From contig NC_086097.1 of the NCBI RefSeq assembly GCF_963921235.1, positions 176,268,001-176,332,000 of the forward strand: a stretch of 64,000 nt of DNA, read 5' to 3'. Source of the DNA: Mobula hypostoma. Its lineage: Eukaryota. Under the pieces are notes generated by a model. That model searched no databases and was not told where the DNA came from. It saw only the letters and a program-made list of their open reading frames with translations. Position 1 is the first letter of the stretch. Each line of letters opens with the position of its first letter. Of the stretch, positions 49,201 to 60,914 are shown piece after piece. Position numbers and translations under genes: made by a program.

Positions 49201-51577
49201 CCAAGATTGTTGAGCCAATGCTTCCCCACTTCAACATCGGCCCACTCCAACAATGGCTGCTCCGTCTGTCCCTACCTTATTTTTATCTGCCCTCCCAATG
49301 AATCAAGATATAATTAGGGCTCTGGAAAAAGCCAAAAGCCCATGGTCACCACTTTTTAAATCGATTGCCCCTAATTCTTTGGAGCCTCCACTGTTGATTC
49401 TATTGGGCCGCTGGAAAAAGCCAAAAGCCCGCCAACGCTATTTTAGAAATCACTTGCCCCTAGCTATGTGGAGCCTCCTCTGTTGATTCACTTGGGCGTC
49501 TAAAGAACACACTGTGAGCAATGTCAGCAGAACACTTGCCAATTTCCTCTTTGCATATTGCAATGCAGCACACTCCATAACCAATATCTCTCCAGCTATG
49601 CTCTTCCTAGGTTGTCTCTTGAGCTCACGCTTGGATCTCCTGAAACCCAATCTCAGAATGAGTATGCAGTACAAACAGCTGAGACAAATAGACGGCTCCT
49701 CAAACAAGGGGCTTCAATATTTCTCTTCTGGACATGCAGCGGTGATAAAATGTGGGTACTTGGTTAAGATTAAGGACAAAGCTGGACCACTCTTCTACAT
49801 AATGGTGATTGCATCTGATATCACCTGGAGACAACACCTCAATCAGTTGAGGAGAGCAGAGTCAATTGTCAGAGAAGAAGGTGTCTAGAGATGTCAGAAC
49901 TGCTTCCTGCAGGCTCAGCATCAACTCTTACAACTGCCACAGTGGAGATTCTTCCAGAGCCACAAGTCTCACCTGTCAAGCAGAGTGACGCCCTTCCCCC
50001 GCCCTTGTCAGCAAAGACCCTATTCCACAAGGGTAAGAAATCCTCCAAAGCCATTAAATCTTTAGTCCAGGATGGGGGCATATGCCATTAAACCACCACA
50101 TTATATGTGAGCACTCACTAATTAATATAAAAACTGCAAATATTCCGGCTCCTGTGTTTTTCTTTTAATTAGTTTCTGGAGTTACCAACCATAACACCTG
50201 TGCTCCTTAAAGTTGATGAATCTTGTGGTCAGAAGTCTGAGGTCAGTTAGTCCTTGGATTGGAGGACTGAAGTCAGTTAGCAGATCCTAAGCTTGGAAGT
50301 CTGTGATTGGCAAGTGTTACGAGATGCTCACATACACGTCAGCTTCCGAGATTTAAATGCTTTCATTCTCCGGAGTACAGATAGCTGGCACAGCCTCTTT
50401 AAGGGCTTAGGACATTCCCATTAATTGATAGCAATATTTTCAGCACTGATAATTGAGTATTTAAGGAACATCTGAATATAGGTTCAGTGCTCAATCGTAA
50501 GCCTACCAGTGATTTCATCTAGTGTTTGTTTTGCACTCAGTTTCTTGATCCTGTTTGAGACAATGTCTCGATCCCAGCCTCAGGTACTCCAGCATTTGGG
50601 TCAAAGCCATCCTTGTTAAGGACTCTCATCACAGCAAGTCCTGGGGTCAAATCCCAGAGGCCAGTGAGCCTGAAGATCAAAGTTCAGAAGTCAAAGTCCA
50701 AAGGCTGAAGCCCGTAGGTTGAAGTCTCCTGGATGCCCGATGTCTGCAAGTCTGGGGCCACAGTTTAGAGTTTGCAGAAATGGAGGTGGCCTATCTGAGG
50801 ATTAGAGGTCTGTCTCTGTGTGGGTGGTGGTGTGGGAGAGGGGTTTCTTGTTGCTTGTTTGTATCTTGGCTGTGTGTTGTTCTACTGAATATCATGGGCA
50901 TGCTACGTTGGCACCAGAATGTGAGGTGGAATTCAATCACAGCACTTCAATGTCAGGGGCCAATGATCACCGAAAGATGAAATCCGAAGTCTGAGGTCTG
51001 CAGGCCTCAAGAACAAGAACTGGTGATCCCTGAGGTCGATAAGTCTCCTCACCAACGGGCTGCCCCTCACACATCCTCAATTTGTATTGATTGTTAACAC
51101 AAACACATTTCACTGTATGCTTTGATGTACATGTGATTAATAAATTAATCTAAATCTAAACCTAAATCCTGTAAGAAACATTCCTTCTTCCCCTCTCCTC
51201 CCCTTCAGTTTAACGAGCTTCTCCTATACAGTGGAGTGTTCTGACTGGTTCTGTCACTGACTGGTATGGAGGCTCCAGTACCCAGGACTGTAAGAGGCTG
51301 CAGAGGGCTGTAGGCTCAGTCAGGTCCATCGTGGGCACAACCCTCCCCACCATCAAGGACTTCGAGGCAGTGCCTCAATAAGGTGGCATCCATCACGAAA
51401 GACCTGCACCTCCCGAGACACGCCCTCCTCCCTTTCCTACTGTTGGAGAGGAGATACAGGGGCCCGAAGACCCTCACTCAACAGTATCAGCCTCTTTCAA
51501 TCCACCATCAAAGTCTGGAATGGTCCATGGATCCACAAACATTGCGCTGTTAATGCTTTTGAACTATTTATTTATTA

Positions 51578-52900
51578 GTAGTCGTAGTCATAGTCATACT
51601 TTATTGATCCCGAGGGAAATTGGTTTTCGTTACAGTTGCACCAACCAAGAATAGAGTATAAATATAGCGATATAAAACCATAAATAATTAAATAGTAATA
51701 TGTAAATTATGCCAGGAAATAAGTCCAGGACCAGCTTATTGGCTCAGGGTGTCTGACCCTCCAAGGGAGGAGTTGTAAAGTTTGATGGCCACAGGCAGGA
51801 ATGACTTCCTATGACGCTCCGTGTTCCATCTCGGTGGAATGAGTCACTGGCTGAATGTACTCCTGTACCCAACCAGTACATTATGTAGTGGATGGGAGAC
51901 ATTGTCCAAGATGGCATGCAACTTGGACAGCATCTTCTTTTCAGACACCACCGTCAGAGAGTCCAGTTCCATCCCCACAACATCACTGGCCTTACGAATG
52001 AGTTTGTTGATTCTGTTGGTGTCTGCTACCGTCAGCCTGCTGCCCCAGCTCACAACAGGAAACATGATAGCACTGGCCACCACAGACTCGTAGAATATCC
52101 TCAGCATTGTCCGGCAGACATTAAAGGACCTCAGTCTCCTCAGGAAATAGAGACAGCTCTGACCCTTCTTGTAGACAGCCTCAGTGTTCTTTGACCAGTC
52201 CAGTTTATTGTCAAATCGTATCCCCAGGTATTTGTAATCCTCCACCATGGCCACACTGACTCCCTGGATGGAAACAGGGGTCACTAGTGCCTTAGCTCTC
52301 CTCAGGTCCACCACCAGCTTCTTAGTCTTTTTCACATTAAGCTGCAGATAATTCTGCTTACACCATGTGACCCTACCGTAGCCCTGTACTCAGCCTCATC
52401 TCCCTCGCTGATGCATCCAAATATGCCACCTTCAGAAAACTGTGCAGTAGTTGAAGTCCGATGTGTAAATGGTGAAGAGAAAGGGAGACAATACAGGCCC
52501 CTGTGGAGCCCCAGTGCTGCTGATCACTCTGTCGGACACACAGTGTTGCAAGCACATATACTCTGGTCTGCCAGTCAGGTAATCAATAATCCATGACACC
52601 AGAAAAGCAACCACCTGCATCGCTGTCAGCTTCTCCCCCAGCAGAGCAGGGCGGATGGTGTTGAACGCATTGGAGAAGTCAAAAAACATGACCCTTACAG
52701 TGCTCGCTGGCTTGTCCAGGTGGGCGTAGACATGGTTCAGCAGGTAGACAATGGCATCCTCAACTCCTAGTCGGGGCTGGTAGGCGAACTGGATGGGATC
52801 TAAGTGTGGCCTAACCATAGGCTGGAGCAGCTCCAGAACAAGTCTCTCCAGGGTCTTCATGATGTGGGAGGTTAATGCCACCGGTCTGTAGTCATTGAGT
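51578..52900 (-). mobile_element. Rex1/Babar LINE, 5'-truncated, same family as 8410-11361
   Basis: Near-identical RT ORFs 52432-52881 and 51844-52335; (GACTAT)n tail; inserted in an older Rex-like 3' fragment (~51200-54220). Confidence 0.9.
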
Positions 52901-52969
52901 CATTGTAAGTTTTAGTGATTTTATGGCCTTGCACACTACTGCTGCCATAAAACAACAAATTTCATATAA

Positions 52970-54155
52970 GCAACGCACACAAAATGCTGGTGGAACGCAG
53001 CAGGCCAGACAGCACCCATAGGAAGAAGCACGGTCGATGTTTTGGGCCGAGACCCTTTGTCAGGACTAACTGAAAGAAGAGATAGGAAGAGATTTGAAAG
53101 TGGGATGGGGAGGGGGAGATCCATAATGATAGGAGAAGACAGGAGGTGGAGGGATGGAGCCAAGAGCTGTAAAGTTGATTGGTAAAAGGGATATAAAACT
53201 GGAGAAGGGAGAAGATCATGGAACAGGAAGCCTGGGGAGAAAGAAAGGGGGAGGGGAGCGCCAGAGGAAGATGGAGAGCAGGCAAGGAGTTATTGTGAGA
53301 GGGACAGAGAGAGAAAAAAGAGAGAGAGGGGAAAAAAGGGGAACGTAAATAAATAAATAAGGGATGGGGTAAGAACGGGAGGAGGGGCATTAACGGAAGT
53401 TAAATAAATCAATTTTCATGCCATCAGGTTGGAGGCTACCCAGACGGAATATAAGGTGTTGTTCCTCCAACCTGAGTGTGGCTTCATCTTTACAGTAGAG
53501 GATGCTGTGGATAGACATGTCAGAATGGGAATGGGATGTGGAATTAAAATGTGTGGCCACTGGGAGATCCTGCTTTCTCTGGTGGACAGAGCGTAGGTGT
53601 TCAGAAAAACGGTCTCCCAGTCTGCGTCGGGCTTCACCAATATATAGAAGGCCGCACTGGGAGCACTGGATGCAGTATATCACCCCAGCCGACTCACAGG
53701 TGAAGTGTCGCCTCACCTGCAAGGACTGTCTGGGGCCCTGAATGGTGGTAAGGGAGGAAGTGTAAGGGCATGTGTAGCACTTGTTCCGCTTACAAGGATA
53801 AGTGCAGGGAGGGAGATTGGTGGGAAGGGACGGATGGACAAGGGAGTCATATAGGGCACGATCCCTGCGGAAAGCAGAGAGAGGAGGGGAGGGAAAGATG
53901 TGCTTGGTGGTGAGATCCTGTTGGAGGTGGTGGAACTTACGGAGAATTATATGTTGGACCCAGAGAATGGTGGGGTGGTAGGTGAGGACCAGGGGAACTC
54001 TACTCCTAGTGGGGTGGCGGGAGGATGGGGTGAGAGCAGATGTGTGTGAAATGGGGGAGATGCGTTTGAGAGCAGAATTGGTGGTGGAGGAAGGGAAGCC
54101 CCTTTCTTTAAGAAAGGAAGACATCTCATTTGTCCTTGAATGAAAAGCCTCATCC
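52970..54155 (-). mobile_element. Penelope-like element, 5'-truncated (RT thumb + GIY-YIG + tail)
   Basis: ORF 53390-54124; TSD aatttcatataa/aatttcatgtaa 52958-52969/54175-54186. Confidence 0.88.
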
Positions 54156-54639
54156 TTTCATGTAAATTAAATTCAATTTCATGTAATTTAAGTCAGTAAC
54201 AATAAATATGACTCCATATCCTATTCCTTCTTATTTCTGAGGAAGCATCTCTGAAATGTTGACCCTGTTTCTCCCCCACCACCCACCCATGTTGCCTGAC
54301 CTGCTGAGCGTTTGCCAATTTTGTCCTTGTTGTAAATAGATAAGATTAGCTCAAATATCATCGTATCCCCTCTCTTGGTTTCATTCAGACACTTCCTGAA
54401 ACGTATAAGCCGAGTTTTACGTCATTGAGTTAAGTTTTTAGCACCGGACCAACCTACCTTCCATACTGATACCATGGAGATGTTTCGTTTCAACATTGCA
54501 GAGCTCCACCTAGCAGCTGACAAAAGCCTAGAGGCACCAGCAGGGTTTTGCTTACTATGCAGTTAAATGACGGTGAAGATTCAGGGTGTGGTGTCTACCC
54601 AAGTAAATGTTAGAGGGGTGGTTTGAAGGCCAGAGAGAG

Positions 54640-55059
54640 AGAGAGTTCAGGGTGTGGTATGAAGACGAGGTGAGTATGTTGGGTTGGGCTGGGCGGAGCA
54701 CCCTCTGCAATTCAAAGACTTCTGGTGGGAGCGGTTAGTGCGGCAGCAGCATGAAACCGGCTCCTTAAAGACCAGCTGGTAGCGTAAGCAGGGCAGGTAG
54801 GACGCACTCTGAGACACACGTACAACGTACTTAGGATCTCTTTTCAACTTTTCCACGCAAAGCTTTGGCGTATTTATAGACAACAAGTGACTCTTGGGAC
54901 CCGCAAGCTTCTTTTTCCCGCTTCACACAGAAACCACACACCGAGAAATTTTAAACTGAGCTTCTCCCCCACGATCGAGGGGGTTACGTTTCACAAATTC
55001 TTCCCAGACAGGCCTGAGGAAGATACGAAGTCGTTCGGCGTCTACGGGATAAAGAAACC
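54640..55059 (+). promoter_or_regulatory. Putative promoter/5' UTR of the cadherin gene
   Basis: Repeat-free, CpG-enriched; GC box gggcgg 54691-54696; TATA-like tatttata 54871-54878; Kozak-like aaaccATG at 55060. Confidence 0.55.
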
Positions 55060-55110
55060 ATGCGTGGCTGTGACTATCGGGCTACTGCACTTTTTGCCTC
55101 GGTACTTCTG
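55060..55110 (+). CDS. Cadherin gene (desmocollin-like) exon 1, signal peptide MRGCDYRATALFASVLL
   Basis: ATG in aaaccATG context, hydrophobic core, phase-0 donor CTG|gtaaga. Confidence 0.75.
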
Positions 55111-56417
55111 GTAAGACCGGAGACTAAATTATTACAATTTGATCGTGTCCTCGGAATTGAAGAGGTTGTTCCCTCTCCCGAGAGGAACCTTTAACACTCA
55201 AGACTGCCTGAGCACTTAATAATTGTATTAAATTCTAAATATTTTTTAAGGCGATTATCTTCTGTTGCTGCGTTAAAGAGTCTCTGCATTGAACGTTCAA
55301 TTATTATGATTATTGATTTAAGTTTTTCTATTTGTATAAACAAAGCAGTTTCGTCGGATGTGTTTGCATGAGTTGTTGGTCAATACGCTTAAAACGTAGG
55401 TTTACAGTTAACGCCTGCAGAGTTTCGAACCTTGTTAACACCGGTACATTTTTTTTGTATTTGTGTTGGGTAGAGTTTGTTCTGGAAATACCACGTAACA
55501 TCCATATTTTGTTAGTGTGGCTCCAAGAAAGAGAAACTAAATTAGTTTACTTTTATTTCTTAATTCTGGTTTCAATTCTCACGTATAGAATTTTTATGTT
55601 TTTTTTTAGTTGTGCTTACGTTCCCCGTGGTTTGGAATGATATGCGATAGCCGCCCCCCCCCCCCCCCCGTGATTGGTATTTGATTTACACCGTGTGTGA
55701 AGTTTTAAATTTAATTCTACAACATGTAAAACAGTCATAAATTTATAACTTTTGCTCTTCAAGTAATTCTGCATTTCAAATGTGACCTGATCCAGGATAT
55801 AAAAATGCGTTAGACTCTCAATAGTCTATTGCCTTTACGGAAATTGAGGAAAATTGAAATAGAAAATTTGATATAGATTGGAGAACTTCATTTCACTGTA
55901 GATTGTGGAATTAAGATATTTTACGATTCAAATACACGATTTTGATTAAGTTCCGGTTATCCTATTATCAGTAAGTGTTTGATATTTCGTAATCTGCGTC
56001 CATTTTAATTCACGTTTGTCTTAGCTATTCATATTATTTAATATTTTAATTAAAAGTATTTTTGTTCAACTACTAAATACACTCTTTGGGTAGCTATTTC
56101 TCTTTAAAAACTGATTTGAAGTTTGAAGGTGGGTACATTTAGTTTCCAAACAATAATTAAAGTCGTTAAATGGAGACACAAACCAATGCTAAAATTTGGA
56201 GTAAAGATAGACAAACGTCAGGGGAACTACTGCCCTGATGAAGGGTCTCCCAAAATGCTTTGAGTTCTTCTAGCTATTTTCCACTGTTTTAAAGTCGTTA
56301 ATATTTAACGGATAAAGCACTTGGTTAATAATATGGAGATATTAACTTAATCCTGGGTGTGTACAGAACCATTTACAGTACAGAGCTTGGTTCATAACAG
56401 CCCCATATTTCTGTTGC

Positions 56418-57704
56418 AAAAATGCCATCCCCTGTCTCTTGCAAAAACGCCATCCCCTTCTCGCAATTCCTCTGTCTCCGCCGCATCTGCTCTCAGGATG
56501 AGGCTTTTCATTCTAGGACGAGGGAGATGTCTTCCTTTTTTAAAGAAAGGGGCTTCCCTTCCTCCACTATCAACTCTGCTCTTAAACGCATCTCCCCCAT
56601 TTCACGTACATCTGCTCTCACTCCATCCTCCCGCCACCCCGCTAGGAATAGGGCTCCCCTGGTCCTCACCTACCACCCCACCAGCCTCCGGGTCCAACAT
56701 ATTATTCTCCGTAACTTCCGCCACCTCCAACGGGATCCCACCACCAAGCACATCTTTCCCTCCCCCCCCCCCCGCATTCCGCAGGGATTGCTCCCTACAC
56801 AACTCCCTTGTCCATTCTTCCCCCCATCCCTCCCCACTGATCTCCCTCCTGGCACTTATCCGTGTAAGCGGAACAAGTGCTACACATGCCCTTACGCTTC
56901 CTCCCTTACCACCATTCAGGGCCCCAAACAGTCCTTCCAGGTGAGGCATCACTTCACCTGTGAGTCGACTGGGGTGATATACTGCGTCCGGTGCTCCCGA
57001 TGTGGCCTTTTATATATTGGCGAGACCCGACGCAGACTGGGAGACCGCTTTGCTGAACATCTACGCTCTGTCCGCCAGAGAAAGCAGGATCTCCCAGTGG
57101 CCACACATTTTAATTCCACATCCCATTCCCATTCTGACATGTCTATCCACGGCCTCCTCTACTGTAAAGATGAAGCCACACTCAGGTTGGAGGAACAACA
57201 CCTTATATTCCGTCTGGGTAACCTCCAACCTGATGGCATGAACATCGACTTCTCTAACTTCCGCTAAGGCCCCACCTCCCCCTCGTACCCCATCTGTTAC
57301 TCATTTTTATGCACACATTCTTTCTCTCACTCTCCTTTTTCTCCCTCTGTCCCTCTGAATATACCTCTTGCCCATCCTCTGGGTCACCCCCCACTCCTTG
57401 TCTTTCTTCCCGGACCTCCTGTCCCATGATCCTCTTGTATCCCCTTTTGCCTATCACCTGTCCAGCTCTCGGCTCCATCCCTCCCCCTCCTGTCTTCTCC
57501 TATCATTTTGGATCTCCCCCTCCCCCTCCCCCTCCTCCTTTCAAATCCCTTACTCACTCTTCCTTCAGTTAGTCCTGACGAAGGGTCTCGGCCTGAAACG
57601 TCGACTGCACCTCTTCCTACAGATGCTGCTTGGCCTGCTGCGTTCACCAGCAACTTTGATGTATGTTGCTTGAATTTCCAGCATCTGCAGAATTCCTGTT
57701 CTTT
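56418..57704 (+). mobile_element. Young Penelope-like element in intron 1
   Basis: ORF 56422-57267 with GIY-YIG; 15-bp TSD CCATATTTCTGTTGC 56403-56417/57705-57719. Confidence 0.9.
57570..57607 (+). ncRNA. Minimal hammerhead ribozyme motif (sense strand of intron 1)
   Basis: tagtc-CTGACGA-agggtctcggcct-GAAACGTC-gactg. Confidence 0.7.
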
Positions 57705-57789
57705 CCATATTTCTGTTGCCTGGATTCAGTTAGCCAGTGAGGAGGTGACTCAAGTCAGACGCTTTCATAATTGAACTTGTCCTGGATTT

Positions 57790-58230
57790 CAGAAGTGTTA
57801 CAATGGTCACCTGCCAAGGAGACTTACCAGAATGTTGCTGTGACTCCAGAGGAAGGGCAGGAAAGGAATTTATAGGGCACTTTATGGAGACATGTATAGT
57901 CATGGGGGGGGGGGGTAGATAGCATGAATGCACTCAGTCTTGTTTACAGAAAAAAGGAATAAGAAAAATGAAGGGAATAGGTTTAAGATGAGAGCAGAAA
58001 GATTTAAAAGAAACCCAGGAGGCAACATCTTCACCCAGCAGGTATATGGAATGATCTGTCCGAGGAAGTGGTTGAGGCAGGTACAATAATGGCAATTAAA
58101 AGATAGTTGGGCAGGTGTATAGATAGGAAAGTTTTGGAGGGATATGGGCCAAACGTGTGCAAATAGGACTAGCTTAGATAGGTATCATGGATGTGTTGGG
58201 CTGAAGGGACTGTTTCTGTGCTGTATTACA
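57790..58230 (+). mobile_element. Old CR1 3' fragment
   Basis: gtttaagatgagagcagaaagatttaaaa..tgggctgaagggactgtttctgtgctgta. Confidence 0.7.
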
Positions 58231-58469
58231 CCATGGCCCACTAAGATTCCAATGCTTGGCTCCAGTGTTACAAGCAACACTGCACCTCTGAGGCATTTGA
58301 TTACCTGTAAGGTGAATCTTGATTCCAGTGGCAGGAAAAGCTTATGCACAATCTCTTAATGTGTGCAAGTTCATAATTTTGTAGGGGTCATGAATGTTTA
58401 TTTCTTCAGGACTCACGATTTAGCTTGGGGATAGATGTGTATGTAGGTTTCATTTAGAGGTACAGAAAT

Positions 58470-58770
58470 AGTGGCTGCTGCCTCAGAGACCTGGGTTCAA
58501 CCCTAACTTCAAACATTGACTATGTAGTTGGTGTGTTCTCACTGTGGTTGTGTGGGGTTCCCCGGGGTGATCTTTCCCTCTCACATCTCAAAGATATACG
58601 AGTCAGTAAGTAAATCGACTGCCGTGGCTTGGCCCTAGTGTGTAGATGAGTGTTAAAATTGGTCGGGGTGGGGTATGGGAGAATTACATGGGATTGGTGC
58701 ATATGGGTAGTTGGTGTTCTTGCAGACTTGGGGTGCTGAATAGCCTCTTTCCTGGCTGTGTGACTCTCTG
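58470..58770 (+). mobile_element. tRNA-derived SINE (HE1/V-SINE-like); related copies at ~60345-60630 and ~61770-61930
   Basis: B-box ctgggttcaaccc, V-domain-like tgtgttctc.ctgtg..tgtgtggggtt..ccggg, CR1-like tail. Confidence 0.6.
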
Positions 58771-59419
58771 ATTCACACCTTTATGGGTTTCTGCTGGAAT
58801 AAATTTTGCTTCTTGGCAAAATTACACTTATGAAATTTTCATATTAACATAACAAACAGATTTTGTTATATCAATGAAGTCTGATTTGAATGATTTAATG
58901 TAATATTTCTATATACCCACCCTTGAGATTAGAAAGAAAAATAAATTGAATTGACTTCTTTACGTCTTTTGTACCTCACCAAAGATTTAATGCCCTGTTT
59001 TTCTGCTGCACAATAAATACTGGTGAAAATAAATGTCCTCTGCTATTGATCTGGCCATACTTGGTACTGAAAGCCCATGACGCAATCTCACTAGAGTCCA
59101 TAATGTTAAAACAAACCACAAACCTTTAAGTACATCATCCACATTATTGTTTCACAAGGTTTACTAGGGGAGGAGGCCATCTAGCTTGTTGAGTCAGGCA
59201 GCTTTCTACAAGAGGAATCCTGTCTGTTTCATATTCCTACATTTATCCACCTGTCAAACTCCCTTTTTGATGACTGCTCTTGAGTCTTTCTCACTACCCC
59301 ATAAGATCCATCATGCTTCAAGGGATTTGAGTAGAAACAGACCAGGGGAAAGATGTAATTTGGGGAATGTGGCACCCACTGACACACAGCAAGCCCGTAA
59401 AAACAACACTCAATTATGT

Positions 59420-60320
59420 CCAGGTAATTTCAACTTTCAAAGTGAATGTATTAAAGTACATGTATGTCATCAAATAAAACCCAGAGGTTCATTTTCTTTC
59501 AGGCATACTCAGTAAATCCAATAGCCATAATAGAACCTTTGGAAGACCACATCAACTGGGTGTGCATTCAGTGTGCAGAAGATGATCTCTGCAAATACAA
59601 AAATAAATATTTAATAATAAAGCAATATAAGATAGAGTCCTTGAAAGTGAGTCCTTAGGTTGTGGGAGTATTTCAGTGATGGAGTGAGTGAAGTTATCCA
59701 CTTTGGATCAAGAGCCTGATGTTTGAGGGGTAATAAGTGTTCCTGAACCTGATGGGTTACTGTACCATCTTCCTGATCTCAGTAGTGAGAAGGGACCATG
59801 TCCTAGGTGGTGAAGGTCCCTGATGATGGATGCTGGTTTCCTGCAACAATGTTTCATGTAGATGTGCTCAGTGGTGGGGAGTAATTTATCTGTGATGGAC
59901 TGGGCTGTATCTACTACCCTTCATAGGATTTTCCATGCAAGGGCATTGGTGTTTCCATACTAGGCTGTGATGCAGCCAGTCAATATACTCTCTGCTGCAC
60001 ATCTATAGAAGTTTGTCAAACTTGTATATCTCATGCCAAAGTTTTGCAAACTCCAAAGGAAGTAGTAGCCCTGCCGTTCTTCCTTCGTAATTGCACTTAT
60101 GTGCTGGGCCCAGGACAGGTCCTCCAAAATAATAGCGCAGAGGAATTTAAGGTTGCTGACCTTCTCCACCTCTGGTTTCCAACACACCTCCCCCCCCCCC
60201 TCCCAATGGGGGCTGGCTCTTGGACCTCTAATTTCCTGCTCCTGACATCAATAATCAAATCCTTGGTCTTGTTGACGGTTGAGAAGAGGTTGTTGTTGTT
60301 ATGGCACTAGTCAGCCAGAT
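59420..60320 (-). mobile_element. Old Rex1-type LINE 3' fragment
   Basis: Minus-strand VEKVSNLKFL..EDLSW..NFYRCAAESILTGCITA. Confidence 0.7.
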
Positions 60321-60820
60321 TTTCAGAATTCTTTGGAAAGAGAGCCACTCCCTCTGTGTGCCATAGACCAAGATTCAATCCTGAGCTCAGGTGCTGTCTG
60401 TGTGGAGTTTGCATAATAACTGTGTGATAACTCTGTGAGTTGCCTGCTGGTGCTCTAGTTTCCTCCTACGTTTCAAAGAAGGGCAATTTGGTTGGTTAAT
60501 TGACCAATAAATTGCCCCTAATGTGTAGGTGCAGTGTATAATCTGGGGGAAGTTGTGGGAATATGGGGAAGGTAAAATTTGGGCTAATGTAGAATTACTG
60601 TAAACAGTTGGTTGATTGTCAGTACATATCTCTGACTATCCAGCCTCTCCGACCCTCCTTTGTTTATACCACTTTAAAAAATGAACAAGATAATAAACTT
60701 TTGAAAATATGATTGCAGGTGTATACTGCAGAAGAGTATGCCAGATTTCTACATTGTTTATATACTCTGCACCATAAATGAGTTTGTTTACGGTACTAAA
60801 ATTGTATGTTAACATTTTAG

Positions 60821-60914
60821 GTGGTTGCTCGACTTGAAGAGGCATGTGTCAAAGATTCTATGGTTGTGGTTGTACGACAGAGTACAATTAAAGCAGGAGA
60901 TCTAATTTCAAAAG
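60821..60914 (+). CDS. Cadherin gene (desmocollin-like) exon 2, VVARLEEACVKDSMVVVVRQSTIKAGDLISK
   Basis: Acceptor ttttag|, donor AAG|gtaact; 94 nt, phase 0 to phase 1, open; matches cadherin prodomain exon-2 layout (C...G.L..V). Confidence 0.8.

Larger units (their letters stand above)
44870..50196 (+). mobile_element. Second Gypsy remnant (Mag/K02A2.6-like): gag, integrase C-term, partial 3' LTR; split by CR1 copies
   Basis: IEQYFEA..LLSAI..AP.K, KPLLI.E.FRFH, LTEADL.FKRA, zinc knuckle CYCCG..H..DQC (46061), LANFLFAY.NAAHS.T..SPAMLF (49514); LTR-like end ..ataaca at ~50196. Confidence 0.75.

Noticed and set aside
54659..54675. ATG plus strong donor-like GAG|GTGAGT as an alternative first exon
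   Set aside because: Would be phase 2, incompatible with phase-0 exon 2, and gives no signal peptide; needs transcript evidence
54887..55114. 75-aa ORF at the promoter
   Set aside because: Starts at GTG, no homology recognisable; the supported exon uses ATG 55060 in a different frame
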